A DNA stretch of 63,987 bases, filler included, from Octopus bimaculoides (Eukaryota): NCBI RefSeq assembly GCF_001194135.2. It is 6 parts of 5 records of this genome, joined end to end, with 100 filler letters (N's around TTAATTAATTAA, not from the genome) between each part and the next. Parts side by side here need not be neighbours in the genome. Positions count along the whole stretch, not along the records: positions 1 to 15,622 come from NC_068989.1; 5 more parts are not named here. One strand, 5' to 3'. Below, piece by piece: positions 1-12,745 of the stretch; the stretch's first letter is position 1, and each line of letters starts with the position of its first letter. Below the pieces are notes generated by a model. It saw nothing but the letters and a program-made list of their open reading frames with translations, was not told the origin of the DNA and ran no database searches. The position numbers were made by a program, and so were the translations under genes.

Positions 1-1565
1 TATATATATATATATATATTACAGATAGATGCATAAATAGGTAGATATAGATATAGTTATGCTTCCGAACCTAATGACGCCATCAACATCACGTTTCCAG
101 GTACGATAATGATAAATGCCGATTTTATTCCCGTATTAATAACTCGGATTTATTCTAATATAACAAAATATGAAGAATGATACTCTGGTATAGGTCATCC
201 TCATAAATTCATGCCTAGTAAACACAAAGAAATCTGTAAACAATGTTAGTTGCTGTCTAGGCATATATTTGTACTATTTGCATCAAGAAAATCAAATTCG
301 GTACAGTTCAATTGTTTCTCATGTGTAAATTGTGCAATAACGAATGGAATTAAGATATTTTGTTAAGATTCTATTTGATTTAATTCACTGAAGCATATTC
401 ATATATCAGATAATTATGACAGATTAAATATCTGCAAAAACGTTAATTGATAGAGATAAGTTTAAAGGTTTCTGATTTGAAATTACATCTGACGATAAAG
501 GGAGTTTGTTCATATTTAATCATTAGATTAAATGTTGCCTAATTAATAGGTTCTTAATCGAGAAGTATCACATTATATTAGTTTCGTTTGATTTATTGTC
601 ACTCAAGCCTCTAATGTTTCCGGAAGCGCTTTATAAATTTACTTTCATAATTTCATATATTAATAATTTTTTTTTTAATGTTGGAATATTTGTTCAAGAC
701 GTAAAGTGTTTTATTTTATCGCATTTTGAGCAAATATTATGAAACATGATCAGAATTATAACCCTTGAGAATGGTGAGACTTTTCGATACAGTCGATAAG
801 CAATTACTTGCGAAGCATTGCAGCAAATATGAGATTTGAATTTGTTTTGATTTCAATTGTTATTATAAAATGTTCGCTATATGATCATTGAAGCATTTGA
901 TCAAATGTGAGTTTCTCACTAATTGTATACAGCACTTACACTAGCTGCGAAATTCATTATCTCTTGGGAAATTAATTTAAGTTTCTGCAACTAGAAAATT
1001 GAATTTTGATTCGACAATAATTATTTTTGGCACATTTTTACGCCCGTAAAAATGTATGATGAAACAGTGGGGTTTGGTTGCGAAATTAATACCTTTATTC
1101 ATTCATTGATAATGATTGACTCAAATATAGGTATGTGTATCCATATACTTTCATATATATATATATATANNNNNNNNNNNNNNNNNNNNNNNNNNNNNNN
1201 NNNNNNNNNNNNNNNNNNNNNNNNNNNNNNNNNNNNNNNNNNNNNNNNNNNNNNNNNNNNNNNNNNNNNNNNNNNNNNNNNNNNNNNNNNNNNNNNNNNN
1301 NNNNNNNNTATATATATGTATATATATGTATATACATATATATATATAATATATAGATATACATACACATATATATGCATATATATGTGTGTGCGTCGGT
1401 GTGTAGTGACACACACACAGATATATGACTACATGTTAAAACCGTTTCTTCCTCATCCATATTTTCCTTTTAAAGTCATAATCTGCATCAAAATTTGCTT
1501 TCATTCACATACATATACTTCGAATACATTCCGTAACATACATACTTATATATGCATTTATAGAC

Positions 1566-1604
<39 letters not shown>

Positions 1605-3670
1605 CATATCAATATGTACATACACATATGCGTGTGTGTGGGCGTTGTGTCATAATCATCGGAGTGTTAAGACCACATTCATATAACATGGCTACCTTAA
1701 CTCGCCTGAGTTTTCATGTCCTTGAGTAGGGTACTTCATTTTTTATTGCTTTGGTTCACTCATCAGAAAATATACGTTAATTTTATTAGTGGGAGCCCTT
1801 TTACTGTCTTACATTTACATCATTCTCATAACTGCTGTTCCAATTAGTCGAATATAAGAAATTGAGAGTATATCCATAACTTGAGGTGGCTTTATAAATG
1901 ACGAAATATAATCTAGCAAGTGTAAATGTCTTAGTTCCAAATCAAACTCAGATGGGTGATGCATTTGTGGTTTTAATATATGTTCGTGTCAGTGTCCAAG
2001 AGGGTGCATGCACATGTGTATGCTGTAGATCAAAACAATTTAACGGCAAAACTTTGCGTGCTTTGAAAAGGCAGCATAAATCAAAAGCTCCAGGCAAACA
2101 ACTGATGAGATCATTGCTTAAGGCCAAGATAAAAAGATAGTCCACTGTCACGTGGCACTTTGCAAACCATGGAGTATTTGGTGATTTTAACGAGGCTTAG
2201 CTATACTAATTAATACGAGACCAATGCATGCTTTTTGTATTACTACATATGTTTCTGTGCATCATACAATTTGGCATGTAACAGCGTGCGAGTATACATA
2301 AAAATAACGTGCTTTTATAAACTGCTACACCTTCAAGTAAAACTCCTTTTAGATAATGCGCTGTCATTGGTATTATTGTAAGGTATACAATTCCAAACGA
2401 AAGGATAAATAAATATACCGTTTGACTCATTTCAGTATAGTGGAAACTCTTATTGAGCTAGTAACCAAATAAATTCGTTAACTTCGCATGCTAATCAGTT
2501 TCATTATGTTCATGTAAAAGTTAATAGTGAATATGCAATTAGGTTCATTTAGAAAATGTAACAGTGTATATTAAGCTCTAAACCAATTGATCCCTTTATC
2601 TTCGTATGCTAAACAGTCATTATGTTATATCATCAAGTAGGCTGTTGTTATAATTAAGATCACTATTCTGAAAGAGAAACAGTTGGTTTACAATGGACAT
2701 CTGTCAACTACAGCATTGGACAGACCTTCATTCTAAGGTAGGCGGGGTTGTTACAATAATTTTGTTATTTGCATGTCTATAGAGGTTTCCAGTTAGTACA
2801 TAATATATGTGGATGGATGAGGACAGACTGCATGCACGTGGATACGTACATGCGCACATACGCACATATGTGTGGATACGCGGACACAGACACATACTCC
2901 TAGAATTTAGACGTTAAATTAGGGATTGCAACGTTAAAGAAATATATTAAGATAGGAGAAAAAATTGAAGGACGGTGGGTTAATTCTGTAGGAACTAAAC
3001 TGCCCTTCAGGGGAGAAAGAGAATTGGTAATGTTAACACACTCATATTAGAAGTTTAGATTGGGTCTAGCAAAATTCCTCCACACGGCCATCAATGAAAA
3101 TAAATAATGCGTAAGTGTATTGATTCAGGCCAAGAAAACGCAAATGTGCATTTGAAATAAAACGGGACTAAGATGTACATTATAGAATATATATGTCAGA
3201 GGAGCTAACGTTAGAATTTGATGTAAATCTAGTTTATAAAGTAAAGAAAGTAATTAACAAACAAATTTTAAAAGCCAATGAAATTTATTAAATAAAAGTT
3301 CCTGCCTAATAGATGTAAGAGATTAAAAATAAACAACCATACTTTCCTACACACACAGTAATAATTAACATTAATATCGTCAGTTATATAATCCATAAAT
3401 TGATAACAATGCAGTGCTTCAGTATAAACAAAGGAAATTTACAAGGAATATAATATTCAAGGGTAGCAAGGAATAGAACTATTTAATCGTGTCGTATTAA
3501 AATTAAATTAGTTTGCCTCCATCATTTTAAATCATATTTACTTTGATTTATTTGACATCAGCCATATGTACAATTTTAGGAAGATAAATATTGGGTGCTA
3601 GTTGTTGGAAATAATAGTTTTAACAGAAGTTTATTTGAATTAAAATTAGTTTACATTACTTCGACAGATC

Positions 3671-4897
3671 CAGGGTGTCCCAAAATTTAAAGCCACCAAC
3701 TTATTTCAATTTTGCCAGAGCAAAAAATTGTTAAATTTGCGGGGCCGAGCGTTTCAATGCAATGGTAAAAAAAAACACAATTATGACACAATCACATATA
3801 TTCGAATCACATCCTTATGTCTAGGTGCGAATGCTTCACACACTGCACGCACGCAGCCAATTCCTGATGCTGCAGTTTTCCCTTACGAGCATCGCACGAA
3901 AGCATGTTGAGGGCTCGAGATCCTCGTCTCCAAAACGGACCAAGAAAAAAAAGAAAATCCAACAGGTTGAGATCGGGGTTTCTTCAGGGCCATGTATGCT
4001 TGCATATGAACGATGAAATGTTTTTTCTGTATCCAGTGTTGTGTCTGCTTGGAGTTGTGGGATAGTGACGAGTCCTATTGAAGGCCCGAAAATGCGCCCT
4101 GAAAATGCACATTTGCGCATGCAAGCAATTCACCTTCCAGAATGTCGCTAATGCATCAGTGGGTGTTAACTGTAACACCTGAGAACACATAAATGAGAAA
4201 TTCGAGTGACTGTCACAGTCCCCAAACCATAACTTACTGTGGATCTTGACCTCAATGTACCAATCTCTACTCGACGGAGCCAGATACACACAAAAGCCTG
4301 CCATTTTGGTGATTTACTGTTTGTTCGATGTCAAATTTGTTCTCATCAGTGAACACCGAATTGGGCAGCGTGACTTCAGCAATTTGACGGAGGATAAGAC
4401 AATTTCTCATAAGTCACATAAAGTTATAAGCTTGCGTGAGCTCATGACGGCGGATCATCTTATAGAATTCGCTCCTGAAATCCTCTTTCTCCACTCAATA
4501 CAGCAATGTTCACCCTATTTTTGTAGTGACAGCCAGTTTTCTGGCGGAACGACAAGGATTTCACCGTATGTTTTCTCTGATAATTTCGATAAGCTTAGTG
4601 ATCCGCCCACTTCTTTTACGTTGGAATCAGTCTCTTGAAATTTTTCGACAATTTTCCAAACTGTCGTTCGGTTAATTGTGAGCTTTATTGCTATAGCTGT
4701 ATTATTCGCGCCTCGTTTTGGAAAGGTTATAGTTGTATTGCGGCCTATAGCCATTATCTGATTTATAAATCTGAATTTATTTAGTCTGAAAAAAAAAACC
4801 AAGCTTTGATAATGATATGTAATTTTCATTTCTTATCACATTTATTGATAGTTATTAAAGTCTGAAACTTCGGCTGCCTTATTTTCTGGACGCCCTG
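3671..4897 (-). mobile_element. Decayed Tc1/mariner transposon, DD37D (maT/Bmmar1-like)
   Basis: Imperfect TIRs CAGGGTGTCC.. (3671) and ..GGACGCCCTG (4897) followed by TA. Minus-strand relics: HTH (IAIKLTINRTTVWKIVEKFQET), VFTDENKFDI, VMVWG, FQ*DSSLSH, and WP*RNPDLNLLDF with 37 residues between the last two Asp after correcting one frameshift. Confidence 0.85.
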
Positions 4898-4931
4898 TAC
4901 ACATGTATACATACATACATANNNNNNNNNN

Positions 4932-4962
<31 letters not shown>

Positions 4963-5720
4963 CACATACATACACGCATATTCTTTTATTCATTTCAGCC
5001 ATGCGGTTGCAGTCAAGCTGGAGCACAACCATACAGACACACACACGCACAAATGCACACACCTACACAAACATACAGAAAATATTTATATTTAGAGGCG
5101 ATATAAAATAATTAACACAAATCAAACGCAGTCAATCTTCCAATATTCAGACACAGGAACGCTATATGAGGTGTTATGCAATATATATATATATATATAT
5201 AATATATACGTATTTCTCTTTGTTTCTATAGTTTTACATAAAGATATAACAATGCTCTGTAAATGCTCTAGTTAATACACCTAGGTTCCATGGTCTATTT
5301 TATAAAAGTATAAAAAGAGATATGAAGAATAGTTTCTCCTGAACAGAATTGATTTTGACATAATTCTAGAGAAGACTTTTTTTTTTTCGAATTTAGAACA
5401 AATCAATAATATACTAGAGGGCGTTAGATTGCTGTCAGTTTGAAACCTGAAGTGTAACAGTTGATGCTTACTTTTTTTTTTATATTTCGTTATACCGTAT
5501 TTCCGGCGCCAGATTTCTGTGGAGTATCAGGCATATGACTTCAAACACACACAGTTTATGAAAAAGGATTGTGGTTTCCCGTTTAAATGTGTAACTTCAA
5601 ATGATATTGATTTACAGACGATTGATTTCAATCAATAAATACACAAATATCGTTTTCCAGCTGTCGAAATTCTCAAATGATCTGATGCCATGATCCGCTA
5701 CGTCATTTAATTATTAAAAT

Positions 5721-5850
5721 TGGTCTCAAATTTTGGCGCAAGGCCAGTTGTTTCGAGGATGCCTGTGTTCTATTAACTCCAATGCTCAACAGGCGCGTAT
5801 TTTTATCAACTATGAAAGGATGGACGGCAAAGTCAACGTCGGCGGAATTT
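5721..5850 (-). mobile_element. tRNA-derived SINE family 1, partial (body and tail 1)
   Basis: Similar to the copies at 20473 and 22797 (..gcaaagtcaacgtcggcggaattt). Confidence 0.6.
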
Positions 5851-6010
5851 CATCCAAGGATGTAAGGAAAATGTTGAGATTACTTTGTAGGTAATCAGTT
5901 AGCAAATTAGAAGGCCATCTTTTGCATATTGCGAATTAACTTCCAGTCTCCTACACGCGAAATGTAAATATTACTTGAATTTAGTTCTATATCTAAGAAA
6001 TGAGAATTTA

Positions 6011-6167
6011 TGTACGTTATTTACATTATTTACATTTGACGTACATTTGTCCTCATCTTGTTTGTTTGTTGTTAACACAACGTTTCGGTTGATATACCCT
6101 CCAGGCTTCATCAGGTGACTTAGAGAAATTTCGAACGTGGTTTCCCATTCCTAAGGTATTTTTCGAT
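6011..6167 (-). mobile_element. Hammerhead-motif short repeat, copy A
   Basis: Minus strand reads cacCTGATGAagcctggagggtatatcaaccGAAACGTTgtg..tgtaaataatgtaaata; homologous to 6264, 7864 and 14781. Confidence 0.75.
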
Positions 6168-6262
6168 CTTCTTCTTCTTCTTCTTCTTCTTCTTCTTCTT
6201 CTTCTTCTTCTTCTTCTTCTTCTTCTTCTTCTTCTTCTTCTTCTTCTTCTTCTTCTTCTTCT
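6168..6262. repeat. (CTT)n microsatellite
   Basis: About 31 perfect units. Confidence 0.98.
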
Positions 6263-6263
6263 T

Positions 6264-6350
6264 TGGCGTAGCGGTATATCAGCCGAAACGTTGTGTTAAC
6301 AAACAAGATGTGGATAAATATCCGTCAAATATAAATAATGTAAATAATGT
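6264..6350 (+). mobile_element. Hammerhead-motif short repeat, copy B (internally deleted; inverted relative to A)
   Basis: TGGCGTAGCGG followed by tatatcagccGAAACGTTgtgttaac..aatgtaaataatgt. Confidence 0.75.
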
Positions 6351-7540
6351 CCAATTGAATATGTTCAAAATATTAAATGTGATTTGATCCCTTATATAGA
6401 CATATAGACTCTATAGTGTTACCATTTAGATTATACATAACAATGGGAGTAAACATTTTCATACCACTATGGTAGCCTCATAAAAAATACTGAACATACA
6501 ATAGTTATTTTACTTTTTAACAAATGTCGTTGTTCTAATAAAAAATGACAAAATGTAAACTATATTTTCAGAGAAAATCTATTGCCTAAGAATATAATTA
6601 AATAAAAGTAATTACTCATTTGTATATTTTCAATAAATATATGATAATTTCACCTAAATATTATTAATATAAGAGGGATATACATCGTTGAAAATCTATC
6701 GCTGCAAAATTTCATTTAAAAGCGTATATATATATATTTTTCTGAATGTTATAAAACAATCATTCTGTACCTATTATGTTAACTCCTTCTCTTTCTCTCT
6801 TTTACTCCACCTCTCATTCCATCTCTCTGTTTATCTCACAATACGCTCGAAAGCGTTAATGGGTAAATTATCCAGCCAAATAACTAATATATTTATCGGC
6901 TGTTATAAAACAGTGATAACACAAAACGTCATCGAGTCTAAGCCTGTCCTACTTAATTATAAATGTTACATTCCAGAAGATATTTGCCTTGAAATTTACA
7001 CGGTATATCGTTTTGCACATCATCAGAAAGCGATGATAAAATAGCTGTTCGATGAAATGAATTACAAGTTTATGAAATAAAACTGCAAACGGCTCACTAT
7101 TCCACAAACTCGTGTACTCTTAACGTAAACTTCAGACAGAATCAGCAAGACTGATAGTGTGATGAAGCTGGAATTTTTTAATCACAGCCAGCGTAAACAC
7201 AAATAACTTCTATGGAGGTTTCTTCAGCACATTTTAAGTCACAAATCACGCGTCTACTCGAAGTCATACAAATTGACAAGACACCATGTATCAGGATAGA
7301 GCTGCTGATGGTGTGGCTGAAACACATCGAGAGACACAAAATGAGAACAATGTTGAGAGACACAACATAATTAGCAACAGAACCTGAAACATTAAAAACC
7401 AATAAAAATCAGCAACTACATGAAGCACAAGAAATGGAACAATTTTAAAAACGCCTCACTGACGAGCCGCTCAATTACAAGTTCTACGAAGAGTAAGGAA
7501 TACATGAAATCGTTTGACTTTGACAACAGGCAAGATTCTT

Positions 7541-7607
7541 GCCAAAGCTCTCACCCTTTGCCAAAGCTCTCACCCTTTGCCAAAGCTCTCACCCTTTGCC
7601 AAAGCTC
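7541..7607. repeat. 19-bp perfect tandem repeat GCCAAAGCTCTCACCCTTT x3.5
   Basis: Units start at 7541, 7560, 7579 and 7598 (partial). Confidence 0.97.
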
Positions 7608-7863
7608 CATAAGAGATGATTCTGATAAGAACCACTGCCACAATGTATCATATTTTGATGAAACGTTTCCCAGATGTGGGAATTATTCATAAAACATAAT
7701 ACACCAAAAGATAATGGAAAGCTCGTTTAAATTCTCCCCAAAACGATCAGAACAAGACTAAGGTCAGTGATTGACTCCTCTTTTGTTCCTACCCCTCCGC
7801 CCAAATGCCACTTCTAAGAATATATTGTGTAACCCTGTTCTATATTTAAGAGATCAGGAATTA

Positions 7864-7976
7864 TGTACATTATTTACATTTGACGGATATTTGTCTTCAT
7901 CTTGTTTGTTGTTAAAACAACGTTTCGGCTGATATAACCTCCAGCCTTCATCAAGTGTTTTGGGGAAATTTCGAAC
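7864..7976 (-). mobile_element. Hammerhead-motif short repeat, copy C
   Basis: Minus strand reads TTGATGA-a-GGCTG-gaggttatat-CAGCC-GAAACGTT; stem II intact, C3 changed to T. Confidence 0.75.
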
Positions 7977-8167
7977 CGTTTTGTCCAAAAATTCTGCACT
8001 TATCACTTTCTGCTGTGTTGTCTATTCTGTATTTTATGTAGTTGACCCTCCATTTTATGAGGTTGACCCTGCTTGGCCTAAGCTTGGTCTTGCGCTGCCA
8101 AGTATACTGCCCTCGGTCTCTTTTTTTAGTGATCATTTCATCAGCCAAGCCCACCTATTTTTTCCAG

Positions 8168-8184
8168 TTATTATTATTATTATT

Positions 8185-8215
<31 letters not shown>

Positions 8216-8239
8216 CTTTTGTTGTTGTTGTTGTTGTTG

Positions 8240-8290
<51 letters not shown>

Positions 8291-8330
8291 GTAGTAGTAG
8301 TAGTAGTAGTAGTTGTAGTAGTAGTAGTAA
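8168..8330. repeat. Compound (ATT)/(GTT)/(AGT) microsatellite
   Basis: Directly visible. Confidence 0.95.
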
Positions 8331-8364
8331 TATTATTGAAGTTGTTGCTCTTGTTATATTTACT

Positions 8365-8574
8365 AAGGCGAGAAGCCTGCAAAATTCTTCGCACTCCGGG
8401 AAAAATGCTTAGAAGCATTTCCACAATCTTCTTCTGAGTACAAATTCTGCATAGGTCGATGTTGCCTTCCACTCTTTCGGGCCGGAGAATATAGATACCG
8501 CTTGAGAATTGGGTACGCTATAATCGACCTACCTTTTCCTCTGAAATTGCTCGCCTTGTGCCAAAGTTTGAAAC
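8365..8574 (+). mobile_element. SINE family 1, diverged full-length copy (tail 1)
   Basis: aaggcg head, ttctgagtacaaattc B-box relic, ..gccttgtgccaaagtttgaaac tail. Confidence 0.7.
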
Positions 8575-9419
8575 AACTACGAATTACTCGGTAGTTTGTC
8601 CTGAACTAAATATGAAAATGACTTTTTGAAGGCTTTCAAAGAAATATGCATCTACTAGTTTATGCTACTGGATGTCTCCATGTCATAATATAACGAATAG
8701 ATAATTAAACAAAAGTTTCCTTAAATATCCTTATAATTTATAGGCAATGAACTAAAATTGTCTGGATTCTGTTTATAGGAACTAGGCTCGCAGATGAGGA
8801 TTTACATCTCAAATGTAAAAAAAAAAAAAGTAAAAGGAATAAAAGGAAAAAGAACACATTGTGTCTTAGGGATAAGAACAGCGTTGAAATACTCATCTGT
8901 ATCATGTGTATGACAGATGGTGTACATGACGTCACATTTTATAGCCACATCTTTAATAGGTAGAAATGATACTTTGAATAACACTTTAAAAGAACGTTGT
9001 GAGTGTCTTGCCAAAATGAATTAGAATTATTGCATGTAATAAATATGAATAATTTCGGATGTATACAAAAAATTACACACAAACATTCACAGTTTTAGGA
9101 AACTGAAAAGAATGGAACGGTTGTGAAGTGACATAAAAAGGTTAAACCCCGGTTATATTAGAAAACAGAATCTACAACATGCGTCTCCGCGACGAAGTAA
9201 ATTTATGGGTTAATATGGATTATTAATAGGAATCCCAATAATGTTCCATATATTTGTAGGTGTATAACTGTAACTGAACATATATATAAATATTTACGCA
9301 AGGGCTTAGACGCGCGGACTATATGTGTGTATGTGTGTATTCATGTATATAGGAATCTATCTATATCGATCTATCTAGATTTCTCTCTCTTTCTCTTTCT
9401 CTCTCTCTCTCTCCGTACA

Positions 9420-9469
<50 letters not shown>

Positions 9470-9900
9470 CACCCATTTATGTATGTTAATTGCAAAGGAG
9501 TTTGAAACATATGTAGATATATTAAAGTGATATGGACCATTACCTAATAAAATGGTACGAAAAAATAACTCGGTTCAAATGTTATGGTTAAATATTTGAA
9601 TTTTAGGCTACTAGCGACTTTAAGCATCCACTTTAATTTGATTTCATTCGAAAGTAGAGAAAGAGACCATTGCAAACAAATATTTTAATTAAATATAATT
9701 ACGGTCTAATCAAATAGCGATCATCAAAGCTACAAGTTTTATGCATCGATGGTTAATATATATGTGTCTATTTGTATGCTTCGTCCGATATGCATATGAA
9801 ATTATTACCAAAGAATTTCAAATTTCAGGTGTAAAAAATACTCAATATTTATAGTTAGGAATTATGTCGGATGAAATGTAGGTACATAGTATATATATAT

Positions 9901-9951
<51 letters not shown>

Positions 9952-10125
9952 NNNNNNNNNNNNNNNNNNNNNNNNNNNNNNNNNNNNNNNNNNNNNNNNN
10001 NNNNNNNNNNNNNNNNNNNNNNNNNNNNNNNNNNNNNNNNNNNNNNNNNNNNNNNNNNNNNNNNNNNNNNNNNNNNNNNNNNNNNNNNNNNNNNNNNNNN
10101 NNNNNNNNNNNNNNNNNNNNNNNNN

Positions 10126-10894
10126 AGATTAATAAAAAATTGAAGTAAAGACAGTTTATCTTTTGTCCGGGGGCCAAGACGATGTCTGAAGATTTTTCGC
10201 TGAAGTCGTCTTTAAATGTAGTTTGGTATAGGGTTCAAAATGGGAGAAAGTGTGTCTATTGTCGAAATTAAATTCTTGTATTTTTTCCAGTATTTATACA
10301 TGCTAGCATACACACACAGAAACACACACACGCACAAACACACACATACACAAAAAAAAAACATCATCACAAAGACACACACACACAAACATATACACAA
10401 ACACACACACAAAAGAAAACATCACAAAAACACAATCACACGTCTCTATACAAACACACAAACACAAACACACACACATACATTCACATACACACACGAA
10501 CAGACAAACATACACACAACTGGTGACCACACATGTACACACAGGTGAAGACATCTAACCTAAAGGATAATCCTAATTCTTTCTTCAAACACACACAACT
10601 CACAGCTGGTCACATTCCAAACATATTGAAAGGACATTCAACACAACACACACACACACACACGCACAGGTGGCCATAAACGCCGTTCAATAAGTGCTTT
10701 TTAGCCACTCCCTTGGCTGGAACATACAAGAATTTAATTTCGACAATAGACACACTTTCTCCCACTCTCTAACTCTTTCAACTCAGTACCAAACTATAGT
10801 TAAAAGAGGATTCAATGAAAAATCTCCAGACATCTTCTTGGCCCACAGACAGGAGATAAATTGCTTTTACTTTAATTTTATTTTTAATAAATCT
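10126..10894. mobile_element. MITE/foldback-like element with ~170-bp imperfect TIRs and a (CA)-rich core
   Basis: 10126-10290 is the reverse complement of 10717-10894 (e.g. tacaagaatttaatttcgacaatagacacactttctccca is identical). The left end runs into an N gap. Confidence 0.8.
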
Positions 10895-11554
10895 TTACTG
10901 ATATTTGATTACATGAGAAAATACCAGTAAGATAAATAATATTCTTAAGTTTATAAACTTGGAAAATTATAGGACAATTTATTACATCTGGTCAAGTACA
11001 GAACAAGAACATGTTTACTTAAAATATTGCCTCCATAAAGGAAAACAGTTGCTCTTTGTTGACGGGTTTTCTCGTAAATTGGCGTAAATAAAACAATAAA
11101 TGAAGCAGGGGGTTTACTCTTGAGTGGTACATTTTGGTTGTTTGTCTCCGTTGCATTCGTCTTTTGGGCAAATATTTTTGTGGTTTATTTCCTCGCATTA
11201 TTTTGCATTATTTTGTTTTTGTTCTGAGCATGGGGTTCTTGAACTTGTGTGTTGAGTTCGTCTTTGGGCATAATTTTCCTATATGTGAAATTTGTTTGCC
11301 ATGCGTTTTCACGTTTAGAAAAAGGGCTAACTTGGTAGGGTTATCCCCGCCTGTAGGGGTTCTTCTTTGAAATATTTGGGTGTAAAATATTACTTGTGTA
11401 TGCCCGTTACTGCTGTCGACACAGATTGATACCCTCAACATATATTAATATACTTTTGCGAATGCAAATGATACACATAGCAATATCATGTACATAGCAC
11501 GTATGTTACTGTAGACCCCAAGAGTCGATATGTACGTTGCAATTACATACACAG

Positions 11555-12641
11555 ATGCATACTCACTTGTGTATGCAAGGAGCGAAGGTTCCATCCTTAA
11601 TATTTAAGGTGTTTTCTGTTGATTGCATAATGTTTAATTTTTCAGTAATACGGTACCGTGTTCTCTGTATTTTTTGGCCTTATCAATAGTTTCCCACTCT
11701 ATCTGGGGGTTTCTTATTCTACCTTCTTTCAATGTCCATATTATATATTACGTTTTTTGTTTTTGTCTCTGAATGACGCAAGACTTGTATACGTTTCTTT
11801 GAATGAGTTGCCCGTAATTCCTATACGCTTTTGCTATTCTGTTGGGGTCCGTGTTCTTCTCCTTATATACGAGTTCTTTCTCAAGACAGTTGTTGTGTCT
11901 CAGGATCTTTCTGGGGTGTTTCTGGTGTGTTTACGTCTATTGTGATTGAGTATTATTGACCCAAATTGGGGAGGCAACTTTAGGTATCTTTAACAGTATT
12001 TGTGTTGAAGATATTTTGGTATTTGTGTGAATGAGAATAACATTGTCTATTAGTTTGAAGAAATTCCTAGCTATGTTAGAAGCTACATTCATGATATAAT
12101 GTTCGTTGAACCATCTCTATCTTCTCGGTTGAGTTATATGTGGTTCAATGAAGTTGGACCTTTCTAATACAACATTATAATATGGGGCGGCTTTTTCAAA
12201 TGTGTTTTTGTCGACGGATTAATTGGAGACACATCTATTTCCTGCTGGTGGGTGCTTGGAACCAATGTCTATGTACGAGGCTACCTCGTTTTGTTTGTAG
12301 CTTAACATTTCCTTTGTTAAGATTTATGTTAATGTCCATGTTCGCTTGTTTTATTTCTTTTTTAAGGGCATCTAGTGTATAAAGGCCTAAACGTCAGCTA
12401 TTTCTGCACCGTTATAGCCACGTGAAATAACTCGTTTTCATTCTTTTTGACCTCCTAGAAATTATCGTGAAATAGGGATGACTTCTTTGCGTTCATAATT
12501 ATGTCTATAGCGGTATTTGGCATAGTAACATGTTTTGCTAAATTCAAATGCCTTCTGAAGCAAGCTTTCGGAGATCAAGTGGTAGAGCGCTACGATATTG
12601 AACTGTATAAATTTGCATTTGGGCTTGTCTTCTATTCCTCC

Positions 12642-12705
<64 letters not shown>

Positions 12706-12745
12706 CTGCACATTGTTCAAAATTTTAATGCGTGACGTAGTGATC
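11555..12745 (-). mobile_element. Penelope-like retroelement relic (RT plus C-terminal region)
   Basis: Minus-strand frames give IEDKPKCKFIQFNIVALYHLISESLLQKAF, YIDIGSKHPP, WFN..Y..NVASNIARNFFKLID, IFNTNTVK..SCLPNL and IWTLKE....IEW...LN..C.H; many stops and frameshifts; (TA)n at 12646-12703. Confidence 0.8.

Noticed and set aside
1052-1130. ATG..TGGGGT.. with a GTATGT donor as candidate DHDH exon 1
   Set aside because: The WG frame stops early; the open frame ends in phase 1 (phase 0 is needed) and has no GxGxxS motif.
2693-2737. MDICQLQHWTDLHSK with a phase-0 GTAGGC donor
   Set aside because: The phase fits, but there is no similarity to the DHDH N-terminus; it cannot be supported without RNA data.
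7541-7607. CRISPR-like repeat
   Set aside because: The units are contiguous with no spacers, and the context is eukaryotic.
11505-11546. Degenerate hammerhead-like gac..gtc-gatat-gtac-gtt beside the PLE end
   Set aside because: Both core boxes are mutated, and it lies antisense to the ORF.
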